Part shown: positions 35,191-48,400 of the stretch, piece by piece
Numbering within the stretch: position 1 is the first letter of the stretch
How the letters are laid out: every line of letters begins with the position of its first letter
Assembly: GCA_034780895.1 (NCBI GenBank)
Contig: JAUZTB010000069.1
Span: forward strand, 17,699,882 to 17,763,881
Direction of reading: 5' to 3'
Length of the DNA: 64,000 bases
Source: Rhynchobatus australiae
Lineage: Eukaryota
Notes under the pieces: model-generated
Seen by the model: the letters and a program-made list of their open reading frames with translations, nothing else
What the model was told of the DNA's origin: nothing
The model's database searches: none
Translations under genes and position numbers: made by a program

Positions 35191-38100
35191 ATAGCTCTCC
35201 ATACCACTCTGAAAAGGCAAAACCACTTGCTATTGGAAGGTGTGGAGGACTTCTTGGTGGGAATGGGGATTAAAGTTTACAATTAGCATTTTGTTGGAGC
35301 TTCCTCGTGTGGAGCCCAGTTTGGGTTCTGTGTTATAATCTGGTTTTGAGATAATCTGCTGACTTCTGGAAAAACTCAATTCCTTTTTTTAACCATTAAT
35401 GTTACGTATTGGCAGATTTTATTTATAAATGGCCTCTATCTCTTCTGGAATCATACCTTGGTTACTGAAGGCTTAACANNNNNTAACCAAATGTACAGCT
35501 TTAAAAAAAAACAAGTTAAATAGATGTGGTACTCCGGTTTGCCTGTGTCTCGCTATAGTGGTGCTTTCCCAGAAGTCTGTTACAGTGTGTTTCTAACATG
35601 TGTTCGGGAGAGTTAGAGAAAGTGACTACTGGTGACTTTTCAATAAAAGTTGACAGTGCAGTGGTTGGAATCGAAAGGAATATCCTTTTAGTTTACAAGG
35701 CCTAATGGAATTAAATATCTTGCTAATTTTGAATAAAAGACTGAATGTTAAGCAAAGATTGACCTAACCTATGAGAACACTGTCCTTAAACTAATTCCTG
35801 AGTTGAAGTCGCAAATCATTCTGGAAAGAGAATTTTTTTGGCCAAGTGGTTGGCCTAGGAGTTTGGTGAGAAATTTGAGACTGTGGCTCCCTAAAGTGCT
35901 ATTCTCTTCAAAGAAAAAACTATCAATCTCAGTCTTGAAGACTTTTAAGGAGACATGATTGGAAATGTATATTATGTCACTAGTATAGTAAGAAGTTCTA
36001 TCCTGCAATTGAAATTCATCATTTGGTTGAAGTGCATCATTGGGAGCTTTATCACCTACATCTTATTCCAAGGTATACATGGTAAGATGAGTTGGATACT
36101 CCCTGTGTGCATGCCAAACTTGAACTGTATTGGTTGTATNNNNNNNNNNNNNNNNNNNNNNNNNNNNNNNNNNNNNNNNNNNNNNNNNNNNNNNNNNNNN
36201 NNNNNNNNNNNNNNNNNNNNNNNNNNNNNNNNNNNNNNNCTACCCGGCCCCCCCCCCCCCCCCCCCCAAGAAGATAGCATAATTATTGAGTTTCTTAAGT
36301 CATGTCCACTTTAGAGAAAGGCAGATTTGCATTCGTACTGCACCTTTTATGAATTTAGGGCCTCCCAAATGCCTCGTGGAATAAAATATTCTTGAAGTTC
36401 AGTTGCTGTCAGAAAATAGAATTGCACACTTCCAGCTCAACACAAGTGGCATAATGAAGTACAGCAGTTATTGAGAGTGGATTTTCTTGTGTGATGTTGA
36501 TTGTGGAACTAAGTTTTGGACAAGGCACAGGGGATTCCTTTAATATAACGTGGAATTGTTCACCAAACAGGGGTGATGGGATCCTGTTTAACAACGCATC
36601 CTTAGCTGCCATCACTGATCATACAGAGCTCATTCAACCTGCATTTGAATACATCAGCCAAGAATTTGTGCTCTGTGGTGAGACAGTAAAGATTCAGAGA
36701 GCTGCCCATTACTGTTGCACTGAGTATTTGGTTTTGCAATGTGCCTGCTTCTGACTTTTGTTCCACTTACCTTTTGCCTTGTGCAGATTCCTACAACTGC
36801 ACACATCTCTGATCTTTTCCATGAGTTACTGGCTTTGGGTTGGTACCATATTTGGTAAATAGCACCATTGTTTTCTTGCTATATTATTGGAAAGGAGGAC
36901 CATCCCAGCAATGAAGCTCACAATCTTGTAGTTCCTTCCTCCTTCCATAAGGATAACACATTTGAGATATTCAGGTAATTGTACAAGAGGACCATTTGGC
37001 CCATGTTCAGCCTTTTAGATGCATTCTATAAAACAAACTGTTTTATGAATCATTCCAAAATTTTTGCCTCTTTCCAAGGATGTCCTTTCCCACTGATTTT
37101 ATCTACTATTTGCATGCAGAATTATCTGATATCAGTCTGAAGTTACTATTTACTAGTTTGAATCAGTTGGATAGAAGGTAACAGATCATTTTAAACTAAT
37201 GTTGCAGAATTATCCTTTTCAATATCATTTACCATCTTGTATACCCTTGAGAATGCTTGTACGGTTTTTGCAGGACGAAAGGTATGATTCATTTAAATCT
37301 TCCCTCAATAATTCTAAAACCCTATCACTGGGGATTAGCCTCAAGGCTTTTCACTGCACATCTTCTCTAAGCTTTGAATTTCTTATTTGTGTTTCTGCAG
37401 TCAGAAGTGGATGAGATGCTTGTTCTGTGGTCTGATCAGAGGCCTGTAAAATGTGATCATCACATCCTCTAACTTGCATTGAACTGCTTTGGTGATATAA
37501 TTTAACATTGTATTGTTGATGCTGCCCTGCTTCAGTTTGACATCTTTAGCAACCTGCTGAGATTTTGAGGCCTCTTTCTAATTCACTATATTTATTTTCA
37601 TATCATCCGAAGTGTGCACACTGGGGCATTCCTGGAATGGCCTTTGAACAAGACACTACTCTAATGTGCATCCTTCAAGAAAAATTAGTTTTTAAAAAAA
37701 AAAGTGGCATTTCTGTTATTGGATTCTATTCTGTTTGCTGCACACCAGTGAACTTACAAAATTGTGGAGTGACTATCTATACCTCAATCTACTGCTATAA
37801 TTTTTTTTCCATTAACAAAACTAGCAGATGTTATTGGATCTTGTGTTGAATTCAAATATCATGTATTTTAACTGTAAATTAATGTAATTTGGGTTCAGAA
37901 ATTGAGTTTGTATCACAATCTGACAAAAAATGAGCATTATTGATATTTGAAAGTTTCTTTACATTTTTTATTTTTCATTGATCCACAGCCCCTCCATTAA
38001 CATTGCTTGTCCAATCTCTGTGCTTAAAGTGTATTCTATTTTACTACTTTCTGTTACTCATTCTTTTGATCCATGTACCAATTGTGCCATGTCTTGGTTT

Positions 38101-38245
38101 GTTATGCTTTGCTTTGTAAGCAGAATATGACGATAATGCATTAATAACCAGTCTTTGGATGCCTGTAACCCTTGTTATGTGGTCCGTGGGAGCAGAGAAT
38201 GTTGGAATTTGTAATGGGGTTTTATAACAATGTCTTGTAGAAGGC

Positions 38246-38251
38246 AATAAA
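38246..38251 (+). terminator. MIGA2: Candidate MIGA2 polyadenylation signal AATAAA (others at 38316, 38337; ATTAAA at 39590)
   Basis: Hexamer at the end of an AU/U-rich, TGTA-containing, 3' UTR-like stretch. Confidence 0.35.
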
Positions 38252-39640
38252 AATTGTATGTAACCTGCCTGTTTGGAACCAAGTAACGAGAGTCTTACAA
38301 CCTGAATGGTGGGGAAATAAAGCAAAGAAAGGGAGCAATAAAACAGAATAATGTGAAAAGTCATCCTTTGGCCATATTAATGCACCACCTTTCAAATGGT
38401 ACAGGAATTGGTCTGGAACAAATGACCCATCTTCCCTCAATTGGTTTATAGGTCAGGTGCAGGAATTAAATATGGGAAATTGTTTGTTTGTACCTGAAAG
38501 AAATGGATGAAGAGTGTATACATGACAACCCAGATGTTGCAGGTGCATTGGATCTCATTACTGTTCTCATTGTATCCCTTATCATTTTCCTTTTTATTTT
38601 TATTTATCATTTTCTTCCTAATGTCTTTTAGTTCTTTTTGAAGAATGTCACCTATTAAGAAAAGCTTTGTCAAGTGCTGAGAATAAAAACAAAAAAAGGA
38701 TCTACACCATCTAAAGGTACTGCTGTAATAGTGCATGAGGGAAGTCTTAATTATATGAAACTGACAAATTCACTGGAAAAGAACTGATACTTGAGTTTGA
38801 ACACAGACTAAAGCCTATTATCCTACCCCTTGTAGACCTACCAATGCCAATCCTTTCTTTACCAGCAACAGCAAATTGGGACATGCTAAATTGGAACCAG
38901 TAATTGAAAAATCCCAAATTCTAAAATCGAACCACTACAGTCTGATATGAATATCTCAGATATCACTACTTTTCTCGCCCTGTCAAGCCCATTTTCTTGA
39001 TTAATTTCATTCAATTCCAAATAGAACAGCAATTTTGGACAAATCATTACCAACATTTAACCATTAATCTTTTGCTCATTAATGACCAAATCCTTTGTGA
39101 ATAAGAGGAAATGGTGGTAGGGATGTTGGAGAAAGCAGTGAAACCCAAGAATACTCTCATCAAACTGCACTGGTTTTGGTTTGTGATTCTTTTAGTGTGG
39201 TAGATCCAGAGATGCCTTTTGGTGTGGGTAATGAGTTCTGGTCTATATTGCTGCATAAGGATAAATTGCTTTTCCAATGAATTGGTCTTGTTTAGTTGAG
39301 GCTTTCCCACATTTACTATTACAGCATTGTCTTAAGGCAATACATGTGGATCAGTTCTTGCAGGTGGGTAGTGAGTTAATTCTCTGGGCTGCTATTGAGA
39401 TTTCTCAAAAATTTAGGAACTGTGAAAAGAATGAAGGATAAGAGTCCAAAACAGTCATTCATTATTTATAAATGTGTGCCTATTTCTTTTTTTTTTAATT
39501 ATTGCTTTTGGTGTAAAGTCTTTGCCTTGTGAATTGAAATTGTATTTTTATTTTTTAAATCATCACTGCTGCCCTGTACCTATCAATACATTAAAAAAAT
39601 GTGAAAAGAAAAAAATAGTGAATTGATTTGCATATTGAGT

Positions 39641-39957
39641 ACAGGTCATACCTGGGTTAAGAACACCTGACTTGTGGATACCCCACGTACAAACAAACTC
39701 TCAATGTTAAAATCAAAATTCCAAAGTACATACATGCATTCATTCCTACAAACAGCTGAAGCAGTTTCCCCTCTCTCTCCACTTTTAGTAATTGTTCATT
39801 TTTTTTCAGTTTTGTGTTTTTGATGCCAATCATTACAATACTGTGGAGGTATGGTTACCATTGAGTGACTTTTGTGTGTTTTCTGACTTGTGGACAAAAT
39901 CTACTTTGGAACATCTGTAAACATGGAATCTGTTCTTTAACTGGAGATGGTTTATAA
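39641..39957. mobile_element. Tigger/Tc1-mariner-like MITE; a related end fragment lies at ~12465-12530
   Basis: TACAGGTCATACCTGGGTTAAGAACA...TGTTCTTTAACTGGAGATGGTTTATA degenerate terminal inverted repeats. Confidence 0.45.
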
Positions 39958-41329
39958 GGGTATTAGGAATTACAAAACCTTGATATATAGTTATCATTGG
40001 CATATCAACAATAATCTAATTGAATGATAAGCAGTTGACCAGACCTATGGTCCATACAAAACTCCCATTTTTAAGTTAAGGGTATAACATAATGTAAGTT
40101 ATTGTTGATTGAGCATATTACAGGTAGATGTGACAATATACATTAACAAATAACCAGCAGTTTGGCTTTATTAGATTCTTTAAACCTTTTCTAAAGAGTA
40201 TTAAGAGAATAACAGACTTTGGGGCCTTGGGAACAGAAAGCAAATATCACTTCTACTGCTGTAGCTGAAAATTGATGGCAGCTATCAAGGGTGGAATGGA
40301 AGGGTGAAACCAGTCTTGTGCAGTCCTAAGCAATTTCTTGAGGCCAAGAAAGGTCTAAGGTGGAGAAATGGCTAGTACTGGATCTGCAGATCCTACCACA
40401 GGTGCAGCAGAAGATGCTTGACTGGGCAGGTGCATGTAGTAGTATGGGAGGTGATGCACTCTTTCCTCCCCTTCCCCTACCCCCTTGCTTTCACAGGCTT
40501 CTTACTTTCAGCCAAAGGACTTGGTTCTTAATATGGTTTTGCATGCTCCTTTTTGACCAGTCATGGGCAAGGGCTTTCCATAAAACTGTTTGTGTACACC
40601 TTTTCAAGGAGGCTAGGACAATGTTCTTGAATCATTGGCCTGCCTTCGACAGAGCTTGGAGTAGAGTGCTTGTTTCAACATTTCAATCCAGGGTTGATTT
40701 GGGGAACCTCCTGGCTTACCCATTAAAGATGGATGCATGTAATTAGGTCTTCTATTGAGATGTTAACCTGGGAGAGGGGACTGACATTGGTTCATTTATC
40801 CTCCTGTTGGATTTGGAAGACTTTGGAAAGATGGTATGGTGGTACCTTTTTCAGGTACTTGGGATGCATGCCACAGTTATTTCACATCTTAGAATATAAG
40901 AGAGCAGGGTTTACTGCTACTTATTATGCAACGAGTTTTGTGCTGGGGTTTGAGATCTTGATCTTCAAGTACTAATCAGACAGCCAAAATCGTTGCTGGC
41001 ACACTGAAGCCGAGCGAATTTTATCATTAATACCTGCCTTTGTAAAGCCTGAGATATGCAGAATGTATCTTTATTGTGCCGAGGGGTCAAAGTGGAGAGA
41101 ACCAATGAGTGGATTTTAGTGCAAGGTGCATTTTCACGCATGGGTCAGCGCTTGAGTAACAACGACTTGGAGCTTGGTCTCAATGTGCGCGTATGCATCA
41201 TTGCAAAATGCAGCTATCTACCATCAGACCAAAAGTGCAGTGACCTTGGTTCTGGAGTGGAAGCAACGAGGTTCAATATTACCCATTTGTTTGTTGCCAA
41301 CTCCATTCCAGTGGTAAGCTTGTTGGCAA

Positions 41330-41950
41330 AGTACCAAACTTGCTCTGCGATTGGTTCGATTCCCCATAGTGACCGGCCTCTGGTTGGTTGACATTCGGTT
41401 GTGCCGCCTTCATCACGGAATGTATGATTGGCTGTCGGTAGGTCGCCGTGATGCTGTAAAGATGGCGGCGGTTGGAAAATGCTCGGTTGCTGTGGAGAAA
41501 GAGCGGTGGCAGCCGCTGTCCTTGACGTACGTCGAATATCCCCCAGGTAATGATTCTCCTGCAGGGTTTCTGGAAGAATGATTCTCGGCTGTCTTCAGAA
41601 GATTTGGCGAATATGGAACATACGGCGAGAGCTTTGTAGGGAGAAGTCGGAGCCTTGTTTGCAGGCCTTGCCGGATTGGTGTGGGGGGGTGGGTGTCCGG
41701 GTTGTGGAATGAGCACCTTCGTTGGTCGTAACCGCAAAATTATGTGCTGTTTGATCTATGCGCCCGCCCTCAAGCTACGCGTATGCAAGCACACGTGTCA
41801 ATACGGCTAAATTTTATTCCGATTTAAGACCATATCGTGCGCGCGTGGTCAAGGCTCGCGGTCCGGTCGTGCACGCGCATAACGGCGGGCCTGTACGTTT
41901 GCGCATGCGCATTACATGGCGCGGTGAGGTGGTAAAGCGCTGTCATGGTG
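41330..41950 (+). promoter_or_regulatory. DOLPP1: CpG-island promoter and first exon region of DOLPP1
   Basis: Only CpG-dense region in the window; reverse CCAAT boxes (GATTGG at ~41349 and ~41426); YY1-type AAGATGGCGGCG over the start codon; NRF1 palindrome TGCGCATGCGCA at 41900-41911. Confidence 0.85.
41462..41546 (+). CDS. DOLPP1: Dolichyldiphosphatase 1, exon 1 (MAAVGKCSVAVEKERWQPLSLTYVEYPP)
   Basis: Matches recalled human MAADGQCS...WRPVTLTHVEYP; G|GTAATG donor, phase 1. Confidence 0.95.
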
Positions 41951-43229
41951 AAAATATTTATAGCAATGACTAATGTGAAGGGATTATATTCACTGCACCG
42001 CTAGAGGTTTAGAAGACAATTACTACTCTTATTATTATCTTCAAGGCTGAATAAATTACTAAGACTATACCTTTTGTTGACAGCTTCATTGAAGTCCATA
42101 ATTTATAAGAAGGAATTTAAGTGGGCAGTAGAAAGATAAACATCTTACAAAATAAATGGTTTATTCTTTGCTTTGTTCAGAAGAGGGTGGGCTAAGTATA
42201 ATTTTAAGAAAGATTTGTATTTACATGACTGCTTGCTTGATCTAAAAGGTGTTTTATCATTAAGTATTTTGGAAGTATTTCACTATTGTAGGAAACTCCA
42301 CAGATAATTTACACAAGGTAAATACCCACAAATGACAGTATGATAGTGAGTAATCTGGTTTAATCATGTTGTTTAAGGGATTATTATTGGTCAGGACACT
42401 GGGGGATGAACTCTCCTGGTTTCCTGACAAAGCAAGCAAAGTCTTGGTTTAACATCTCTGATATATGGTGCCTCCAACAGAACAATCAACCAACTATTCG
42501 GAGATGAGAGTACTATCATTGAACCAAGGATGTGAAGATAAACTAGTATTGCAGGCTGGGGTACTGACTAGATGTTTGTTCAAGCATAACATTTGATGAA
42601 CAAGTGTGAACTTTTAATATTTTGACCACAAGTTCATTATTGATTTATTTGCAGCTGAGGTTGAAAGGAATGGCTTTAATGACAGTTGAAGTTTTTGATG
42701 TAATCAACAAGGTTAGGTATATTATAATTGGGTTCTAATTAGGTGTGAATATTTGGAGTAGAAATTTGATGCATCAATCTGCAGCACCAAGGTATGGGAG
42801 GAGGTCAGCCTGTTACACCGAAACTCCAGATTGAGTTTCCAGTTACTACTGCATTGTGGATGGGGTAGAAAATGTACAAATGAGAATTAATTGCAGAATA
42901 GCTATATTTTGGGACTTAGTTGCTAGTTTGCTTTGTGACTTATCTGTACTATGCACAAAGTCAAAGCTGAGGTCCAAAAAGGAAGAATATAAGATACAAG
43001 ATATCTTTATTATTTACATGTACATTGAAGCACACAGTGAATTGAATCTTTTGCGTAGAGTGTNNNNNNNNNNNNNNNNNNNNNNNNNNNNNNNNNNNNN
43101 NNNNNNNNNNNNNNNNNNNNNNNNNNNNNNNNNNNNNNNNNNNNNNNNNNNNNNNNNNNNNNNACTGCTTGGAGCATGTTGTGATTCCTGACTTGTTTGG
43201 AATTCACACTGAGCAGGGGTCTCCCAGCT

Positions 43230-43875
43230 ATCAGTGGGAATGCTGCCTTTCTTTGACATTGTTGCTCTGGTGGAGCATTGGGCTTTGTCGTGTGGGTTGC
43301 TTTCGAGCCAGACACAGAGAAACCATCAGCCGGGGGCTTGAGGCATGCAGTTCTGATGCCACATGATAGGAAGGATTTGTTTACACTGGAGAGTGCAGAG
43401 GAGATTCACCAGGATGTCGCCTGGATTAGAGGACTTTGGCTATGGGGAGAGACTGGAAAGGCTGGCTTTATTTTCCCTGGAGTAAGGGAGGCTGAGAGCA
43501 TGACCTGATAAAAGTACATAAGATTAAAAGAGGCATAGATGGGACAGATAGTCAGAATTTTTTTCCCATGGTAGGTGTATCAAAAATGACAGGGCACAGG
43601 TTTAATGTGAGAGGATGGAGCTGTAAAGAGGTTTTGGGGAGAAAGCTGTTTTACACAGAGAATGGTTCATATCTGGAATGTGCAGAAGAGGAGGTGGTGG
43701 AAACAGATACAATCACTATGGTTAAGAGTCATTTAGACAGAAACTTAAATAGGTAAGGCGTAGAAGCACAAGGACCTAATGTGGCAAATGAGATTAGTGG
43801 AGATGGCAAAAAGGTTGGCATGGACTTGGTGGGCCGAAGGGCCCACTTCAGTGTTATATAACTCGATGACTCTGA
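43230..43875 (+). mobile_element. CR1 LINE 3' fragment
   Basis: Degenerate LERVQRRFTRM and GHRFxVRG regions; 3' end GGTGGGCCGAAGGGCC...TGACTCTGAC. Confidence 0.75.
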
Positions 43876-43995
43876 CAATGACTTGGCCCGTTATACTTGC
43901 CCCACTGTTCTGGCCCAGGCCTCAACTAATCTTCTGTGCCAGTTCAACATAATTCTGATCCTTCGAAAATTGATCTACCTCCTCTTTAAATAAAA

Positions 43996-44190
43996 TAAGA
44001 TATCTTTATTAGTCACATGTACATCAAAGCACACAGTGAAATGCATCTTTTGCGTAGAGTGTTCTGGGGGCAGCCAGCAAGTGTCACCACGCTTCTGGTG
44101 CCAACATAGCACGCCCACAACTTCCTAACCCATATGTCTTTGGAATGTGGGAGGAAACCAGAGCACCCGGATAACAGAGCACCCTTACAG
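43996..44190 (-). mobile_element. V-SINE 3' half; a second copy's tail lies at ~42990-43063, cut by a gap
   Basis: AAGATATCTTTATT...CACACAGTGAA...CTTTTGCGTAGAGTGT is shared by both copies; V-domain GTGGGAGGAAACCAGAGCACCCGG. Confidence 0.75.
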
Positions 44191-47100
44191 TGGCTTTTTC
44201 TTACTTATAATGTATATCAATCAAGTGAACTTGTCTGAACATAAATACAATATCACTCTGCCAGTCAGTCTAGGTTTCAGGACTAGCTACAAGGTAGCAG
44301 TCTCACCTCTGAAGCTTAAGGTTGTCGGTTCAACTCCACTCCAACGCAATGCATATTGAAAGAGTGCTGCACTGTAAGATATTAAGTGTTAAGCAGTCTT
44401 TGTTTTCAAGTAGCCAGTGAAGATCCTCTTGAAGCTTTTTAAATATACTTAACCCTCAGTCAGTTTTATTTAAGCAGTATCTTTAAAACAAAATCAAAAG
44501 AGTTTTTAAAATGTTTTTTTGACATCTCAATCTCAAAGTACCTTACCCCCAGTGATGCACTTTTGAAGTGCTGTAAAGTGATTTGGAACAGTCTGAGGTT
44601 ACAAAAGGTATTATATAAATATAGGTCCTTTTTATTTCTTGTGGATAGCTTCATGTTTAGTTCCCAAAGGGGTCATTTCTTTTGCATTTACTGATAGTTA
44701 CATAATGTGCACATTGTGCTAGTATCACAATGCTTTTGCTATAAACTGCTTTGTTGGAGCAGGTCAATTTTGGTATTACTTCACTGTTGTTTACTCTGCC
44801 TTCCCAGCTGATACCTAACATGTTGCTTGTACATTATATTCCAAAAGAATCTGACATTCTAGGTTCCAATATTTGTTTATAAATGCTTTTCTAGTGTATC
44901 AACTTTCCCTTTTTGTGATTTAAAATTTCCATCTATATACATTCATCCACTGTTTTCGTATTAAAACAGAAAATGCTGGAAATATTCAACAGGTCAGGCA
45001 ACACCTATAATATTTTGCTTTTGGACCACTTTGTGGTTGCTATCAATGTCCAAAATACTTGTTTACCTGATTCCATCTTTTAAGGTCGTTTCTCATGTTA
45101 CAAGTGTAATAACTAATAATATACCACCAAACCAAGTTTTGCCTTTACACTGAATCAACAACGTAGCAGAGTTCATGGTCCACTTAAGCCCTCTGTCCAG
45201 TTTATTTAATTACAGTGGCATAGTTTTTTTCTTACTTGTGTGAGAAATTGAAATCATCCATCCTATTTGCCTGCTCTTTGTAATTGGAAAACAAAAAAAA
45301 CTGCAGATGCTCAAAACCTGAAATAAAGACAAAACCTGCTCAGCAGTTCAGGCAACATGTGTGAAGAGAGAAACAGTTAACATTTTGGATCAATGGATGT
45401 TGTGGTAGAGTTCCATACATTCTTCAGGTTCCCTATTGAATTTATTGATGAATATGTTTAATGCCTTCTACTTCTACCACCACCCAGCCCCTCAATGTGC
45501 AGGACAAAAGTTCTTGCATCCTTTTGAACTCATCATGTTAAAGGCCTATCAGTGGGTCAATTCTTGGTCTTCTGTTTTCGAGAGGAAAAAAAGCCTTTCT
45601 TGTGAACTTTAATCTCTGGCACTTTACTGGGAAATCTTTTGCAGCTTTTCTAAAACATTCATCTTTTATTTGTAACATAAAGATCTAATTTGTGCACACT
45701 ACTCATGTAGTATAATCAACGTTCAATACACTCTGCAATCCTTTATAGTTCAGTCATATTATAACCGAACCCTAGCATTTAGTTTGCTACTTTTTGATGG
45801 CCCGTAATTCTTAAAGCTGTGCATAAGAATAATTAGTTCTCTTCCAGGAAAATCGCATGATATAAATAATAAAATCTTAATGTCTTTGCTTTCTTTTACC
45901 CCTCCTTCAATGACACACAATGAGCTTTTGTAAGTGAGGTGGAGTAGAAGAAAGTTTTGAGTGGAGGGAGGGGTTCTGCATCTCTGGATGACATTGATCT
46001 TTAGAAATCCTTAGAAGGAAAATATACAGGGCTTTCCTTGGCTTATTTTCACTTAGGGGAAAAGTCACTTTACTTGGATGGTACTAAAATTTGAAAAGTA
46101 AGGCTTGAAAAATAGGGGGATTGGCTAACAGAAAAGAAGGGGTTATTTGGTATATCCTGCCCAATTAGTAGAATTCCAGCTTCCAGTTAATATTTTAATT
46201 TTAATTTCCTTTTTCCCCCCTCTGTGGTTATCTGACAACAAATGAGCAGCTAAATCCCTGGCCTTTGACCTTTTGTGTAACTGGCCTTGAGAGAAGTATG
46301 GATGCATGGTTGTAGTGCACCACTCATTTTGCCATCTGTGGTATCTCCCTACTACCAGTTAATTAAACCAGTGGTTCCCAAACTTTTTGTTTGCTGTACA
46401 CCACTTAAAAGCGATTTGTTCTCATTAACTCCCTCTTGCGTTGTTCTCCAGTTATAAACAATGAATAAAATATTTTCCATATAGAAATACTGCTTGAGTG
46501 AAAGTACAAATGAGCTCCAGCAAATCTTCTTTTATGAGCATTGTAAGTAAAGTAATGCCATGCTTAAAATCACTATAAAAGAGGTTACTCTAAGCTTATT
46601 GAGAAATATGAGCATGCTTAGTTCAGGATGCTTAGTTCAGGGTGAAGACTTTGTTGGTATTTTCCCCTCCAAAGAGATGTAGTGGGGGGGGGGGGGGGGG
46701 GGGGGGGGNNNNNNNNNNNNNNNNNNNNNNNNNNNNNNNNNNNNNNNNNNNNNNNNNNNNNNNNNNNNNNNNNNNNNNNNNNNNNNNNNNNNNNNNNNNN
46801 NNNNNNNNGCCCCCACAGTACCCCCCCCCCCCCAGCTGACCGAGTTTTCTGAGATGCTGCATGCATAGTGAAATGTTGAGTCTCAACTTTCAGAACTGCT
46901 GTTTGCCAGTGTATCGTTAAACAGTAGTGAAGGTGAGGAGCGTGTTGAAGTCTGTTACCTTTGGCACTTTTTTAGTGGTTGAAATTACTTTTAAATTTGA
47001 GTTGTGATAATAATTCTGAGAAATTGATGTGATGTGCTAGTCTAATGGCAATGGATATTTTTTGACTTTGCTGCCAGATTTGCTGGCAATGGATCTTGGC

Positions 47101-47572
47101 AGTTTCAATGGACTTGGAAGAACACAGCTACAAGAGGGAAGGAGTGAGTGAATGTGTCTATCTGTCCTACTGTGCTACCTATCCAGCTTCAGTTTGTATT
47201 TAAACTCGCCATGATTTTTTACACCTCTATTAAATATCATCTTGATCTTTGCTTGGAGGAGAATGGCCCAATTTCCCAATCTATCCAAATATCTAAAATC
47301 TTGTGTACCTGGAAACATTATAGTAATTTTTTTTGGTATCCTCTGTAAAGCCTTCAATCCTTCTTAAAAATCTGTTAATCAGAATTGAAAATGGTATCTG
47401 GTTATGGCCCAATCGGTGTTTTATAAATGTTGGACGTACCCACCCTGCTTTTATACTTTATGCCACTGTTTANNNNNNNNNNNNNNNNNNNNNNNNNNNN
47501 NNNNNNNNNNNNNNNNNNNNNNNNNNNNNNNNNNNNNNNNNNNNNNNNNNNNNNNNNNNNNNNNNNNNNNNN

Positions 47573-48400
47573 TTATGAAGTCAGGGATCGCACATAATTT
47601 ATATATCACATACTTATCCTGTTGCTTTAAAACATTTATGCATTTATTTCTAAGTCCCTCTGTACCTCCAAATCCTTTAGAGTTGTATAGTTTAGATTAT
47701 TTTCTTTGCTTGTCCTTTATGCCAAAATGTGTCGCTTCATACTGTATTAAATTTCATCTACCTTTCAATTGTTCTTGTATTCTGCCAGTCTGTCTGTGTC
47801 CTGTTGCAATCTTTTACTATCATCTTGACTGGTTAAGTCTCATTTTAAATTTGCATATTTTGAAATGTCATCCTGTGTGCCCATTTGCAATTTTTAAGAA
47901 ATTAAAAAAAACTGGTCCTTGTACTGATCCCTGTGGATCATCACTGTTGTCAACCAGTCAGAAAACAAACCATTTACTATCATACCTCTCCATTTTCAGT
48001 CAAACTAATTTCTTGTTCATGTTGCCACTGACCCTTTTATTCTACTGGTCTCAATTTTGCTACCCAGCCTTTTTATGTAGAATTTTTATCAAATGCCTTC
48101 TGAAAATCAATTTAGATAACAGCTATTTAATTCCCTTTAACTTTGTCTGTAACCTTATCAAAAAAATTCAATTGGGTAAGTGTAGCAAAAATTGTCTTTA
48201 ATCTGTGCTGGATCTCCTTTTATTAATTTGAACTTTTCCATCTGTATGTATTTGATTTTTTTTTCCCTAGTTATTTTACCTAAAATTTTCTCTACCTCCA
48301 AGATTAAATTGCAAGCCTGTAGTTGCTGGACGTGTCATTGCATCCCATTTTGAACAAGAGTGTCACATTTACCATTTTACAGGCCTCTGTCACTTCCCAG
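47573..48400 (-). mobile_element. Old decayed CR1 LINE RT fragment
   Basis: Reverse strand contains degenerate NVTLLFK, YLDFQKAFDK and PQGSVxGP motifs. Confidence 0.65.

Noticed and set aside
35409-35468. LADFIYKWPLSLLESYLGY* superficially resembles the MIGA2 C-terminal LADDIL...LLGYL
   Set aside because: An in-frame stop lies just upstream and the DMFD/VRY segment is absent; chance similarity.
41279-41737. 152-aa minus-strand ORF across the DOLPP1 promoter
   Set aside because: Non-ATG start, expected stop scarcity in a GC-rich island, no recognisable domain.
46684-46833. G run and C run flanking a gap (also 36249-36267) as a G-quadruplex or hairpin
   Set aside because: Homopolymers at contig ends are unreliable and the intervening sequence is missing.
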